Shown: positions 50,568 through 60,732, counted from the first letter of the stretch. The stretch: DNA of 64,000 nt from Candidatus Poribacteria bacterium (GCA_965218095.1 OZ244587.1:5568001-5632000); one strand, 5' to 3'. The notes: generated by a model from the letters alone, not told the origin. A program made the numbers and translations.

Positions 50568-51131
50568 TTGTTGAAAGATTATTTCTGGGCTACACAAAAG
50601 TCCCTATCACGGCTTCAGCGTCGTGTTGTCGAAGACGGTGCAGTGTTCCCCGATCCAAACGATGCCTTTCTTCGCGAGCCGTATTTCGCTTCGTTCAGAG
50701 CAGGCAAGTTTGACTTCACAGCGATTGCCGTGCACGTGATTTGGGGAAATTCGGTCGAGCGACGTCGGCGTGAGGTGCAGGAACTCGCGAGTATGTATCA
50801 GGCGGTGCAAGCCGCGAACAACGAAGAACAGGGCGTGATATTGTTAGGGGATTTCAATCGCAACCCTGATGATCAATCGGCGTATCGTCCACTGCTGTCA
50901 ATCCCATCAATGGGGCACCTGTTCCAACTCCCACAGAAGTCCTATATCAAAGACACCAGCCTATACGACAACATCTTTTTCCAAACACACCATGTGGCTG
51001 AATACACTGGAGACAGCAGGATTGATCGATTCGACGAGACCGATTTTGGGAACGACGACGCCGCAGCTTCACTTGCAGCGAGCGATCATCGTCCGGTGTG
51101 GGGAACGTTTCACACAACCAACGACGACTGA
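50568..51131 (+). pseudogene. DNase I-like endonuclease/exonuclease/phosphatase, 5'-truncated
   Basis: FLREPY...AVHVIWG, LLGDFN, YDNIFF and SDHRPVW; N-terminal catalytic part absent. Confidence 0.75.
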
Positions 51132-51164
51132 TTTGATTTTCGAGTCTCCATTCGATACAATCTA

Positions 51165-51295
51165 AGAGCCTGTTTGAAAAGCAGGTGGCAAAGCCATTTT
51201 CGGGTCATTTGAGGGTCAAAATCATCGGATTTTCAAGGTGTTTACCCCAAAATGGCCTCTCTCGAAGACGGATTTGGAATATTCAAACAGACTCT
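51165..51295. mobile_element. MITE with AGAGCCTGTTTGAA / TTCAAACAGACTCT ends and TA flanks
   Basis: 14-bp IR with one mismatch; a related right end lies at ~39340-39377. Confidence 0.65.
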
Positions 51296-51519
51296 TAAGG
51301 TGGCAACTTGGGTTTTCGTGGAGAAAGATTGGCGTAGGTTCTCAATATTCAATGCGGTGGAGTCAGGACGGGCGGGCGGAAACAAAGAAGATTCTTCGGC
51401 AAGTCCTAAAATATCAAGTGAAAATCGGGGACAAACGCACTCTTGAACGACTCAGTTTGGGGGCGGTCCCGAAGTTAGGCAGGGCGCAGTACGATGTTAG
51501 ATACAGGTCGCAAGGGCAC

Positions 51520-51615
51520 ATGGGGATGCCTACACCGGGTTCATCGAGTGCATTAAGCAGGCGTTGGGTTCAGCGTGTCCCCAAAAGCCTTCACACACCG
51601 CTAGCTCAGCCTGAA
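51520..51615 (+). pseudogene. HicB-like C-terminal remnant
   Basis: SRRWVQRVPKSLH..LA resembles the HicB ribbon-helix-helix segment. Confidence 0.4.
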
Positions 51616-51651
51616 AACGGGGCTGAATTGTAAGAGGAAGGCGCTTCTACC

Positions 51652-52386
51652 ATGACCGACGAAGAAAAATTTGCCGTCGATCTCCAGGGCTATCTGGTGA
51701 TAAAGGACGTTTTGACCGACGATGAAGTGGCTGAGATGAACGCCATCATCAATGGAGGAAACCTTGAGGGGCCACCGAGTCTTTGGGAAGAGCCGTTTAA
51801 GCGACTCATCGACCACTCCAAAATTCTCCCGTATCTGATCAATCTTCTAGGCCCGAATGTCCGTCTCGGCCACGATTACGCCATTTTTATGAACGAGGGC
51901 GAAGGGCACGGTGGATTGCATGGCGGCGAGGATGGCGGTCACCCCGGCGGTCCCGAAGGCGACCATTGGTACAAATATCGAGACGGTGTGATGCGGAACG
52001 GGTTGTGCGTGATGACATACAACTTAGCGGATGCGCCCGAAGGGGCAGGTGGGTTCGCCTGCATTCCGGGGAGCCACAAGAGCAACTTCCTGACGAACAT
52101 TCCGCCAGAGGTTCGACGATTCGAGCGTCCGGCACACTATGCCGTCCAACCCGCCCTCGAAGCGGGGGATGTCCTGTTCTTCACCGAAGCGGTCGTTCAC
52201 GGGACGATGCCGTGGCAGGCGAAACATCAACGCCGTTCGTTGCTCTACAAATATAGTCCCGGACACTCAGCGTGGTCAGGAAGCTATTATGACATCAGCA
52301 GATACGGTGAGTTGACCGAACAACAGAAACGGATGCTCTTGCCACCGTCAATTGGTAGTCGTCCGCGCGTCGTGCAAGAAAATTGA
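51652..52386 (+). CDS. Phytanoyl-CoA dioxygenase (PhyH) family protein
   Basis: DLQGYLVIKDVL, LHGG, GGFACIPGSHK, AGDVLFFTEAVVHGT and RRSLLYKY. Confidence 0.9.
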   Translation: MTDEEKFAVDLQGYLVIKDVLTDDEVAEMNAIINGGNLEGPPSLWEEPFKRLIDHSKILPYLINLLGPNVRLGHDYAIFMNEGEGHGGLHGGEDGGHPGGPEGDHWYKYRDGVMRNGLCVMTYNLADAPEGAGGFACIPGSHKSNFLTNIPPEVRRFERPAHYAVQPALEAGDVLFFTEAVVHGTMPWQAKHQRRSLLYKYSPGHSAWSGSYYDISRYGELTEQQKRMLLPPSIGSRPRVVQEN

Positions 52387-52510
52387 GAATAGCTCGAAAA
52401 TCCGAATCGTGACAAATTATTTGGGGGCTCATAATTCGAGGTGCGTCATCGCTCGATTCGACACAATTGGGCACCACGCTGAGATAAATTGAGGGGAGTT
52501 TCGGTCATTG

Positions 52511-52690
52511 ATAGGGGCGAGGTTCCCTCGCCCAACGGGTTGGGAAACCCAACCCCTACCCATTGAGGGTGGCTATTCTGTAGCAGAGGCAGCCCCACCT
52601 CGATTTTCGGAGATTACCGCGTCCAGGAGGCCGCTCCCACAAAAGTGCGCGTCTTCCCCCCGCTTGCGGGGGATACAGGGGGGTGGGGAA
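52511..52690. repeat. Cluster of REP-like palindromes
   Basis: TAGGGGCGAGGTTCCCTCGCCC / GGGTTGGGAAACCCAACCCCTAC and CCCCCGCTTGCGGGGG. The block ATTGAGGGTGGCTATTCTGTAG recurs at ~52562 and ~53435, flanking the 52852 gene. Confidence 0.65.
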
Positions 52691-52851
52691 ATCCGACGTT
52701 GGCTTCCGCCAGAGATCCCGTTTCTCAATCTCGTTCTTGTCGAGTTGATCTGCCAGCCAGCAAAACCCATTTGAGAGCTTTATCTCTGCTCTTATTTTGA
52801 TAGAAACCGATTCAATTTCTCAACAGGAGGGTCTGCGGACATGTCAAAAAA

Positions 52852-53430
52852 TTGAGTCCTGAAACATTCCAAAAAACGTTCGATGCTTATTTTTGGAAAT
52901 GGTGGATAGTCGTTGGGATTTTATATGTTGTCGCTTTTTCTCTGTACTCGGTCTCAGTTTTGAACAGAACCTTAAACTCAGAACCTCCCTCGTTCGTCCG
53001 TTTGATAGCCAATTTCGCGTCTGGGATGGGCGAAATCGCATTCGGGGTCATCACTATCGGGTTTATCTCAATTGGTGCTTTGACAGTCGGTGTGGTTGCT
53101 ATCGGTGCATGCTCCGTCGGTATTATTGCGTTCGGTGCGTTCTCTGTTGGTATTATTGCGTTTGGCGGCAACTCTCTCGGGGTAATCGCTATCGGGGCAG
53201 GTACAAGTTACGGGATGATCAACATCCGGTCAGCTCCAAGGGGGCGGTTCGACATCGGTAAAGCGGTTGGGATTGTTGCCATCGGTCCTGAAGCCTACGG
53301 TGTCTACACATTATCTTACGCCGGCAAAGGCCGCTATACGTTCTCGCCGGAACACCAAGATGCAGAGGCGGTCGCGTTATTTACACGTCGGCTGCCAAAG
53401 TTCAAGAAAGCGTTTTCTCTCACGTCTTAA
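52852..53430 (+). CDS. Membrane protein with Gly-rich GxxAxG repeats
   Basis: N-terminal TM helix; repeated AFGxxxxGxxSIG/AIG decamers. Confidence 0.7.
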   Translation: MSPETFQKTFDAYFWKWWIVVGILYVVAFSLYSVSVLNRTLNSEPPSFVRLIANFASGMGEIAFGVITIGFISIGALTVGVVAIGACSVGIIAFGAFSVGIIAFGGNSLGVIAIGAGTSYGMINIRSAPRGRFDIGKAVGIVAIGPEAYGVYTLSYAGKGRYTFSPEHQDAEAVALFTRRLPKFKKAFSLTS

Positions 53431-53623
53431 GTTAATTGAGGGTGGCTATTCTGTAGGAGAGGTGTCCCCACCTCGTAGATTCGTCGGCAGGGGAAAATCG
53501 AGGCAGGGACGCCTCTCCCACCACGTATCCCCCGAAATCTCTTCTATCCTGATAATCCGTTAATCCTGTAAATCCTGATTCAGACAGTTTCCCCACCGCC
53601 CGAATCCAGCAATGCCCATCCGC

Positions 53624-56600
53624 TCAATCCGCAAGCAGCGCCTGAGTCTTATCTTCGTATTCATATACCCAAGCGCGTCCGGCAATTTCTCCCGCTGTAT
53701 TGATTAGAACGATTTCAGCTCCCCAACCGATAGCGTATCGATCGAAGGTTTCCCCTTCCGCGCCGGCAATATCTATGGACCGATCCAACCCGACTGAGTA
53801 GGACAACGACTCCGCTGCGATGTGTTGTTTAAGGGTTTCGACCGCCGCTGTGGCAGGGCAGATGGCGACACAGACCAACCCTTTGTCTCGATACACCTCC
53901 TGCAGGATATTCAGCAGACGTATCTGTCGAACATGATGGATGTTATTCAAGGTCCAGAAATGCAGGGCAATCGTCTTTCCCTTTAAATCTCTGATGGAGG
54001 TGGGAGAGCCGGACAGCCATTCTGCAATACTCAACTCCGGTGCGGGTTGGTTCACCAAGGTTTTGAAGCGTTCCTCGGCGGACTTGACGTATGACCGCTG
54101 TGCTTCCCGCTCTGCTTGCTGCTTTGGGGTCGGCTCCGGTCTCGCGTCAGCCGGCGTCAGAGCGAAGACCAAATCGCGCTGATTCACCGCTATATCCTTA
54201 AAAGTTTTGCGGTACTTTCTATCACTGACACGGATCGATACAATTGGATCCTTGATGTGCTTCAGTTCAAATTCGCCATGCAGGTTAGTGTGAGTGTAGG
54301 GGTATCGGTAGCCGGAGAAGGGATCTTCTTCGCCTCTTACCCGCACTAACGCCTGTTCAATCGGTTGCCCATTAGCATCCACAACCTTCCCAGCGAGATA
54401 TGCATCCGCCTTGACCAGTACCAAGTTGTGCCGTTGGTTGGTTTTCAAAATATTAAATTCATGTTTCGCGTACCTCGAATCGTCAATATGCAGTGTGAAG
54501 ATGACTGCCATTGAAAGATCATCCAACCGATAATCGCCATTCTCATCGGTGTGTGTTGACCAGTTTTGTGACTGCTGACCTATGCCCAACCGTATACCGC
54601 GAACCGGCTCGCCAGAGGTATCAATGACACGTCCTTCAATGAAAAACTGACCACCCGCCGGCAACAGGACGAGATCTGCGATTTGGGTCATCTCTGTCGT
54701 CGCTGTGAACCGCTCGGTTTCCGCTCTGCGATACCCTTCTAATTCCACAGAGATAGTGTATTCGTCACCAACGATGAGCTCAATCTCAATCTCCCGGAAC
54801 CATCCATCGTCATCTGTCACGGCGACTGTTGTGCCGTATGATGAGTACTGTTGGGGATCCCAACGCATCAGAAGCACGTCTGCGCCGACAACCGGTTCAC
54901 CAGTCTCTGTTAAAATCCGGCCAACCAACTTCAGCCCTCTCGAAAACTGAAAATCAACGACAACGGTTTCGGCTTCGACGACATCTACACGCCTCTGGAT
55001 CTGTCCGATATCGAGGCTCTCAGTCTGTCCGATATCTTGATAGTCCCCCAGTGGGTTGGTGTGGACGAGTGCTCGGCCGGGCGCGGCGTCAAAGTGGTAA
55101 GCACCGGTTTCATCCGTTATGGTATGGTGATTTATCAATGAAGAATTCTCCGGACGGGCAGCATCGTTTAATTTGATAAGGTGATTGGCAACCGGTTCGT
55201 TTGTGTCTTGATCGGTCACCCGCCCAGTGATGAAACCACTCCGAATCAGGGTCAGATCTACGTTAACGGTCTCTCCTTCAGAAACCGTAATGGGTTCTTT
55301 GGCGATAGCTGTCCACCCTTTTGGCCCGTAAGCGAAATAGAGACTGTACGTGCCGGGGGCAATGTTTTTCAGCCGATAATTTCCCCACCAATTAACGCGT
55401 GCTTCTCCCCATCCCTCGGTCGGCTGGATGCCCTGAAACGAGATCGTTCCACTTCTGACCGGCTTGCCGGTCCCTGCATAGCTGACGCGTCCTTCGATCC
55501 TGCCCTCACGCTTCAGTCGGAATTCAAGCCTCTTTGCACTCACCGGCACGTTGTGGCGACTCTCCTTTGCGTATCCCGGTCCTTTGACGTCAAGACTTAT
55601 TGTCGCACCCTGCGGCAATCCAGGAAGCACAAATTTCCCATTCGCATCTGTCTTGACAGGTTGAGGCAAAGCATCATGCGTCAAACTATTTCCGGGGTCC
55701 CCGAGTATAGGATCACCACGGGACACAGATTGAATCTGTGCCTCGGCATTCTGAATCGGCTCACCTGCCTCGTTCATTACTTTGCCAGAGATAATCTCCG
55801 GCATTTCGAGTTGAATCTCAACATCCGCTGTGCTTTGGAACGGAATTTCTTGCCACCAGATTGCGTGATCGGGGTGCGTAACAGCAATATTCAGACGACT
55901 CAACATGTCCTTAGAATCAAAAGGTCTCCAGTCGAGTTTTGAAGGCGAAAGTTCAAAGCGAAATGTCCCCTCCACCCCCGTACGCGTGAAAAAAAAGGGG
56001 CCATAATAGCTGGAGTATCCAGATCTGGCATCTCCTTTAAGTGGATAGAAACTTACGGCATATCGAAGTACGGCAGCCGCTACCGGTGCACCATCGCTGT
56101 CGATGACACGACCGGAAAAGATCATTTTTTCGGATTCGTTCTTTGCTGCTGCTGCGCGTTGCGCGCTGCCGCCATTCCCCGGCGTTGCCTCGCGGGCAGC
56201 CAACTGGCGCCCCTGATCCCCTGAAGCACGGCTAGAACCAGCTAGTGGACGGTTTTCCATATGGACCGGAGAGACCGAGATTGACGAGCGTGTTGAATTG
56301 GTGGTGGGTGCCAACAGTACCACCTCGGTTGGACCCACCCCGACCCGATTCATTGACGGGGCGGTTGGTGAATCGGTCCCATGCCTAGCAATTCCGATTA
56401 ACACACATACTGCCGTGATCAACGAAAATAGGATTTTGCCAATAGCTGTGGCACTCCACGACGACGCCATCGTTGGAGACGGTATATGGTGAATCTGCTC
56501 CATTACTTGCATAAGAAAACCTCCTTTGAGTTTGTGGCTTTTCAAGAATCTGCCATAGCGCTCAGACAGCGCACTCCCAAGTTGCTGACGCGCACGATGC

Positions 56601-57097
56601 AACTTGCCCTTGACGGTGTTCACAGAGACGCCGAGAAATTCTGAGATCTCCTTCAGCGAACAGTTACTCATATAGAACATCGATACCGCCACCCGATTGT
56701 CATCGGGGAGCCCGGAGATCGCCTGCTCTAAATCCACCCGCCAACCTTCTGTGGGGGCGGTGTGCGTGGGTTCAATCCGTAGGGCGTCGTCCGTGGCATC
56801 CTCTAGCACGATTTCGCGCCGACGCGTTTTCGTGACCTTCACCAGCCAGCGTTGGCACTCGTTGGACATGATCGTATAGAGCCAACTTCGGAACCGATGG
56901 GGATGCCGCAGTTGATAGAGATGGCGATATGCCCGTATGAACACCTCCTGCGTGATATCCTGCGCATCTGCTTCATTCCTCACCTTCTGAAAGGCGTAGG
57001 TGTAGACCATGTCCTGGTACTTGTGCACCAACACACCGAACGCGTCTGGATCACCCGCCAGTGTTTCGGACACTAACTTTTCGTCGGTTGAATACAT
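53624..57097 (-). CDS. ECF sigma-70 factor fused via a TM helix to carboxypeptidase-regulatory repeats and a thioredoxin-like domain
   Basis: GDPDAFGVLV, DAQDITQEVF, FRSWLYTI and SLKEISEFLGVSVNTVKGKLHRAR; TM helix near aa 220-240; GRVxDxxGxPV repeats; PAPEL...LKGKTIALHFW. Confidence 0.9.
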   Translation of the reverse strand: MYSTDEKLVSETLAGDPDAFGVLVHKYQDMVYTYAFQKVRNEADAQDITQEVFIRAYRHLYQLRHPHRFRSWLYTIMSNECQRWLVKVTKTRRREIVLEDATDDALRIEPTHTAPTEGWRVDLEQAISGLPDDNRVAVSMFYMSNCSLKEISEFLGVSVNTVKGKLHRARQQLGSALSERYGRFLKSHKLKGGFLMQVMEQIHHIPSPTMASSWSATAIGKILFSLITAVCVLIGIARHGTDSPTAPSMNRVGVGPTEVVLLAPTTNSTRSSISVSPVHMENRPLAGSSRASGDQGRQLAAREATPGNGGSAQRAAAAKNESEKMIFSGRVIDSDGAPVAAAVLRYAVSFYPLKGDARSGYSSYYGPFFFTRTGVEGTFRFELSPSKLDWRPFDSKDMLSRLNIAVTHPDHAIWWQEIPFQSTADVEIQLEMPEIISGKVMNEAGEPIQNAEAQIQSVSRGDPILGDPGNSLTHDALPQPVKTDANGKFVLPGLPQGATISLDVKGPGYAKESRHNVPVSAKRLEFRLKREGRIEGRVSYAGTGKPVRSGTISFQGIQPTEGWGEARVNWWGNYRLKNIAPGTYSLYFAYGPKGWTAIAKEPITVSEGETVNVDLTLIRSGFITGRVTDQDTNEPVANHLIKLNDAARPENSSLINHHTITDETGAYHFDAAPGRALVHTNPLGDYQDIGQTESLDIGQIQRRVDVVEAETVVVDFQFSRGLKLVGRILTETGEPVVGADVLLMRWDPQQYSSYGTTVAVTDDDGWFREIEIELIVGDEYTISVELEGYRRAETERFTATTEMTQIADLVLLPAGGQFFIEGRVIDTSGEPVRGIRLGIGQQSQNWSTHTDENGDYRLDDLSMAVIFTLHIDDSRYAKHEFNILKTNQRHNLVLVKADAYLAGKVVDANGQPIEQALVRVRGEEDPFSGYRYPYTHTNLHGEFELKHIKDPIVSIRVSDRKYRKTFKDIAVNQRDLVFALTPADARPEPTPKQQAEREAQRSYVKSAEERFKTLVNQPAPELSIAEWLSGSPTSIRDLKGKTIALHFWTLNNIHHVRQIRLLNILQEVYRDKGLVCVAICPATAAVETLKQHIAAESLSYSVGLDRSIDIAGAEGETFDRYAIGWGAEIVLINTAGEIAGRAWVYEYEDKTQALLAD

Positions 57098-57352
57098 AAC
57101 AACCTTCCCATCCAAAAACGAAAACAACAACAGCCTCTCAATGAGCTAGGCGAAACTATTAACTATTAATTAGACCTACTGAGTGGATTGGAGGTTATGC
57201 CGCAAAGAAAAAAAGATTCGGATGCGCTCCATTTCCAATCGGAAAAATCAATAGTTAAAAACCTAGCTGTTGCGTATTACAATGAAAAGAACGAGTCACC
57301 GAATTTCAGTTGTTCACATTCAGGGATTATGCCGTTGAGTGAAAATGGGTCA

Positions 57353-57604
57353 TAATACCAATTCTGATGAAGAGTCACACATTGTTGAAACGAGCGGGCG
57401 AGCCGGCGAGCAGAAGAAGAAAGTGAGCAGGTGTAAAAGTGAGTAGGTGTAAAAGTGAGCAAAAGCAGAAGAAGCAACTCCCTGTCTTTGTTTTTTCTCA
57501 CTTTTCCACTTTCCCACCTGCCCATTGTCTCTTCTTCCCTCACTTCCTCATTGTCTCTGCGCTTTCTGTCCGAATGGTGCGACAAAATTATTCAGAAACG
57601 GTAT
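57353..57604. repeat. MITE-like element (ATACCAATTCTGA / TCAGAAACGGTAT ends) containing short tandem repeats
   Basis: Imperfect terminal IR; AAAAGTGAG(C/T)AGGTGT tandem units. Confidence 0.55.
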
Positions 57605-57974
57605 AATTTGAGCATGCATCCACCATAGAAGCCCTTGTTACGACAAGCTAACAACCTCGAGCTTGCCGAAGTCTCAGCCGAATCGCTCAGTAACTCTTGA
57701 GCAGCAGCTTGCGACCCCCACCCCCCCTTTATTTCCCCGCAGGCAGCGGGGGAGCAAGAACGGTCCGTAAACGTCTTTTATGCCGTAAACGTCTTTTATT
57801 ACGTTTCCCGTTTCCCGTTTTACGCTTTACGCTTTACGATCGCCCTTCCTAGGTAGATTGTTGTACATGTCAAAATCTGTAGTCGTGCATTAAGGCCTCG
57901 CTAACTTTTTGGGGTGGTGGTAAAATATCTCATCATTAGAAAAAAGGCAAAGTATCAAAGGAGAATAGCACCAC

Positions 57975-60230
57975 ATGAAGCAGCTTTCGACTCATTTCCT
58001 ATCATTCATATTATTCATATTATTCATCCATCCATGTACTGTGTTTGCACAACAGCCCCCAAATCGCACCGGGGAAATTCATGGTACAGTTTATCGACGA
58101 GGTAGTGGAGGGCGAGTGGCATCCGCGCAGGTTCGCCTCGTCGAAACAGGTCAACACATCATAACCGATCCGAATGGTGAATTTCGATTCCGCAACCTTC
58201 CCGCTGGAAAATATACACTCACCGTATTCGCTTCAGGTTATCGTCTACCGGCGGATGTCGTGGTTACGGTGAAGCCGGAGGAAACGACGCGGCTCAAGAT
58301 TTACCTTGAGCCGGTTGAGTTCCTATTCGACGAGGTCCGCGTGACGGCGCAACGTCTGCCGTCAACCGTTAGCCGACAGAGTTTGGGTGGGCTAGAGATT
58401 AAGCGCGTCCCTGGCACCGCAGGGGATGCCCTTCGCGCCCTGCAAGCGTTGCCGGGTATCGGCGTGGCAAACGATTTTAGCGGTTCACTCTATATTCGCG
58501 GCGGCTCCGAGGAAGACAACCTATACTACTTCGACCGGGTGCCGGTTGGTTACCCCTACCATTTTGGCGGAATTGTCTCGTCCCTGAGTTCCGAAATCAT
58601 TGAGCGAATCGATGTCTACGCTGGCGGCTACGGTGCCGAGTTTGGTGTTGATTCTCAGGCGGTTATTGACATCTATTCGCGGGACAAGAACACTGACGGT
58701 CTCCATGGAAAATTTAATCTGAACCTGCTTTACTCCGAAGGGATGTTTGAGGGGAAAATCGGCAAACGTGGATTCTGGTATGCTGCCGGACGGCGGAGTT
58801 ACCTAGACCTGTTTCTCGGCTCGTTGTCGTTTGATAGTGGACAAATTACCGCCTTTCCCCGGTTCTGGGATTATCAGCTAAAGGGTGGCTATGACCTGAG
58901 TGAAAAACATCAACTCTTTGTCAACTTCTTTGCCTCCGGCGACCGCTTTGCACTCAAACTAGATGGCAAAGACGTGGACGAGGATTTTAGAGGGAACCTT
59001 AGCTTCCAGAGCGGTTTTGAGGGGGCTGGAATTCATCTCCGTTCCCTGCTCACAGACCGACTCACCTCCTTTTTGTCTTTCACCCGTTCGGACACGCAAT
59101 TCGAGTTCAATATCGGCTCTGGGCTTTTTCTGAAAGTTGATGCGCCAGATTACGTGCTCCGCGAGGACCTCACCTACACCTTGATGCCAAAACACCAACT
59201 CGAATCCGGGTTGATACTTGCCCTGGAACCGGGTCAAGTTTCTGGCAACTTCAGCCGTCCGCCTCAAGAGGGTGAAGTGGATTACGACTTTCGGTTTGAA
59301 GAAAAGACAAGACTATCAGAGCAAGTACAGGGACAACGGGTTGAAGTGTATCTACAAGACCGCTATGCTGTGCTCCCATTTTTGTCCGTTGTGGCCGGTT
59401 TGCGGCTCGATTATTTCAACCGGATTGATAAGTTCTCGATCCAACCGCGGGGCAGCCTCCAACTGGAAATTCCAAGCGGCGTGGAACTCCAACTCTCTTA
59501 TGGCCTCTATCATCAGACCCCACAACCGTGGCAGCTCTCTCCTAGCATCGGGAATCCGGCGTTGGGCGCGAGCCGGGCGAGCCACTACATATTGGAGTTG
59601 ACACGCCAACTTTCGCCGGAAACGGAAATCAAATTCGCAGGCTACTACAAGGACCTTGCCAGCCTTGTAACAGTTGACGATAAAGCGTCATATCTCAATC
59701 AAGGGGTCGGCTTCGCGCAGGGGACTGAGGTGTTCCTCCGGCATCGCGCTGGGTCGCGGTTTTTTGGGTGGGTCTCTTACGCGTATGCACTCGCCAAGCG
59801 GCGTGACCGGCCAGGGGCGCCGTATCGCTACTATTCGTTTGATCAGACGCACGTCGCCACCCTGGTAGCGAGTTACAACCCCGCTCCGACTTGGGAGATT
59901 GGGGTGAAATGGCAGTACCGAACCGGAAACCCCTATACCCCAGTGCGGGGCGCAACCGTTCAAACTGACCCGCGCAACGGTAACTTTATCTACGACCCAA
60001 TTTACGAGGAAACAAATTCAGCACGCTTCCCACCCTATCATCGGTTGGATCTGAAGTTCAGCAAAGCGTTTCGATTTGAAAATTGGCAGATGGGTGTTTT
60101 TTTAGAGCTCTTGAACGCCTATAACCGTCAGAATTTGTTGGATTTCAACTACAGCGAGAATTACAAAGAAAAGGACGAAATCTACCAGTTTCCTATCCTC
60201 CCTTACTTAGGCATTACCACCGAGTTTTGA
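57975..60230 (+). CDS. TonB-dependent receptor
   Basis: Signal peptide; VPGTAGDALRALQALPG; LYIRGG; YAGGYGAEFG; FDQTH; HRLDLK; C-terminal F. Confidence 0.93.
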   Translation: MKQLSTHFLSFILFILFIHPCTVFAQQPPNRTGEIHGTVYRRGSGGRVASAQVRLVETGQHIITDPNGEFRFRNLPAGKYTLTVFASGYRLPADVVVTVKPEETTRLKIYLEPVEFLFDEVRVTAQRLPSTVSRQSLGGLEIKRVPGTAGDALRALQALPGIGVANDFSGSLYIRGGSEEDNLYYFDRVPVGYPYHFGGIVSSLSSEIIERIDVYAGGYGAEFGVDSQAVIDIYSRDKNTDGLHGKFNLNLLYSEGMFEGKIGKRGFWYAAGRRSYLDLFLGSLSFDSGQITAFPRFWDYQLKGGYDLSEKHQLFVNFFASGDRFALKLDGKDVDEDFRGNLSFQSGFEGAGIHLRSLLTDRLTSFLSFTRSDTQFEFNIGSGLFLKVDAPDYVLREDLTYTLMPKHQLESGLILALEPGQVSGNFSRPPQEGEVDYDFRFEEKTRLSEQVQGQRVEVYLQDRYAVLPFLSVVAGLRLDYFNRIDKFSIQPRGSLQLEIPSGVELQLSYGLYHQTPQPWQLSPSIGNPALGASRASHYILELTRQLSPETEIKFAGYYKDLASLVTVDDKASYLNQGVGFAQGTEVFLRHRAGSRFFGWVSYAYALAKRRDRPGAPYRYYSFDQTHVATLVASYNPAPTWEIGVKWQYRTGNPYTPVRGATVQTDPRNGNFIYDPIYEETNSARFPPYHRLDLKFSKAFRFENWQMGVFLELLNAYNRQNLLDFNYSENYKEKDEIYQFPILPYLGITTEF

Positions 60231-60252
60231 CGGTCACTGCCGCACACGCACA

Positions 60253-60400
60253 TGCTTGAGGAAATAGAAGCCTGAAACCTGTTATCTGTCTTTGGACAAA
60301 CCGGCGAGATTCACGGCACCGTCTATCGCAAAGGCTCCGACGAAAGGGTGCCAAACGCCGATGTCCATCTTGTTGAAACAGGGCAGCAACAGGTAACAAA
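60253..60400 (+). pseudogene. N-terminal remnant of a paralogous TonB-dependent receptor
   Basis: GQTGEIHGTVYRKGSDERVPNADVHLVETGQQ parallels NRTGEIHGTVYRRGSGGRVASAQVRLVETGQH; ends at the repeat boundary 60399. Confidence 0.75.
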
Positions 60401-60648
60401 GGCAAAACCTTTTCGCCAATCAGCCAGATGAACATTTGGGCTTTTTGATTGACCGCTCCATCAATCGGGTATGCGTAAAAGCGGCGCGATCAGCGTCTGC
60501 CCGCTCGAACTCCGTCACACCTCAACGGGTAAATCGTAGACCGCCTCCAACTGCTGCCGCGTCAATACCACCTGTGGTGTTCCAACGGCGACCGTTTTGC
60601 ACGCGGTTTGCCTCCGCTCCCCGATCGGCGTCGGGGACATGCTTGATA
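60399..60648 (-). repeat. Collapsed hmuU5'/hmuV3' remnant, copy 2
   Basis: 60500-60592 matches hmuV 61700-61790; 60594-60648 matches the hmuU start region 63417-63467. Confidence 0.85.
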
Positions 60649-60732
60649 GTCGTTACGTGGTGTGTTATACTTTCAGTCGAAAGCAGAAGGATGATTCTCC
60701 TAAACAACTATCTTAAAATAATGGAGGAAATC

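Noticed and set aside
57130-57974. Cobalamin or other riboswitch upstream of the TonB receptor
   Set aside because: No B12-box or other recognisable motif; the region is filled with MITE/REP-like and tandem repeats.
60436-60732. N-terminal extension of the 304-aa ORF
   Set aside because: It is the antisense of the hmu remnant plus promoter; the GGAGG RBS supports ATG 60733.
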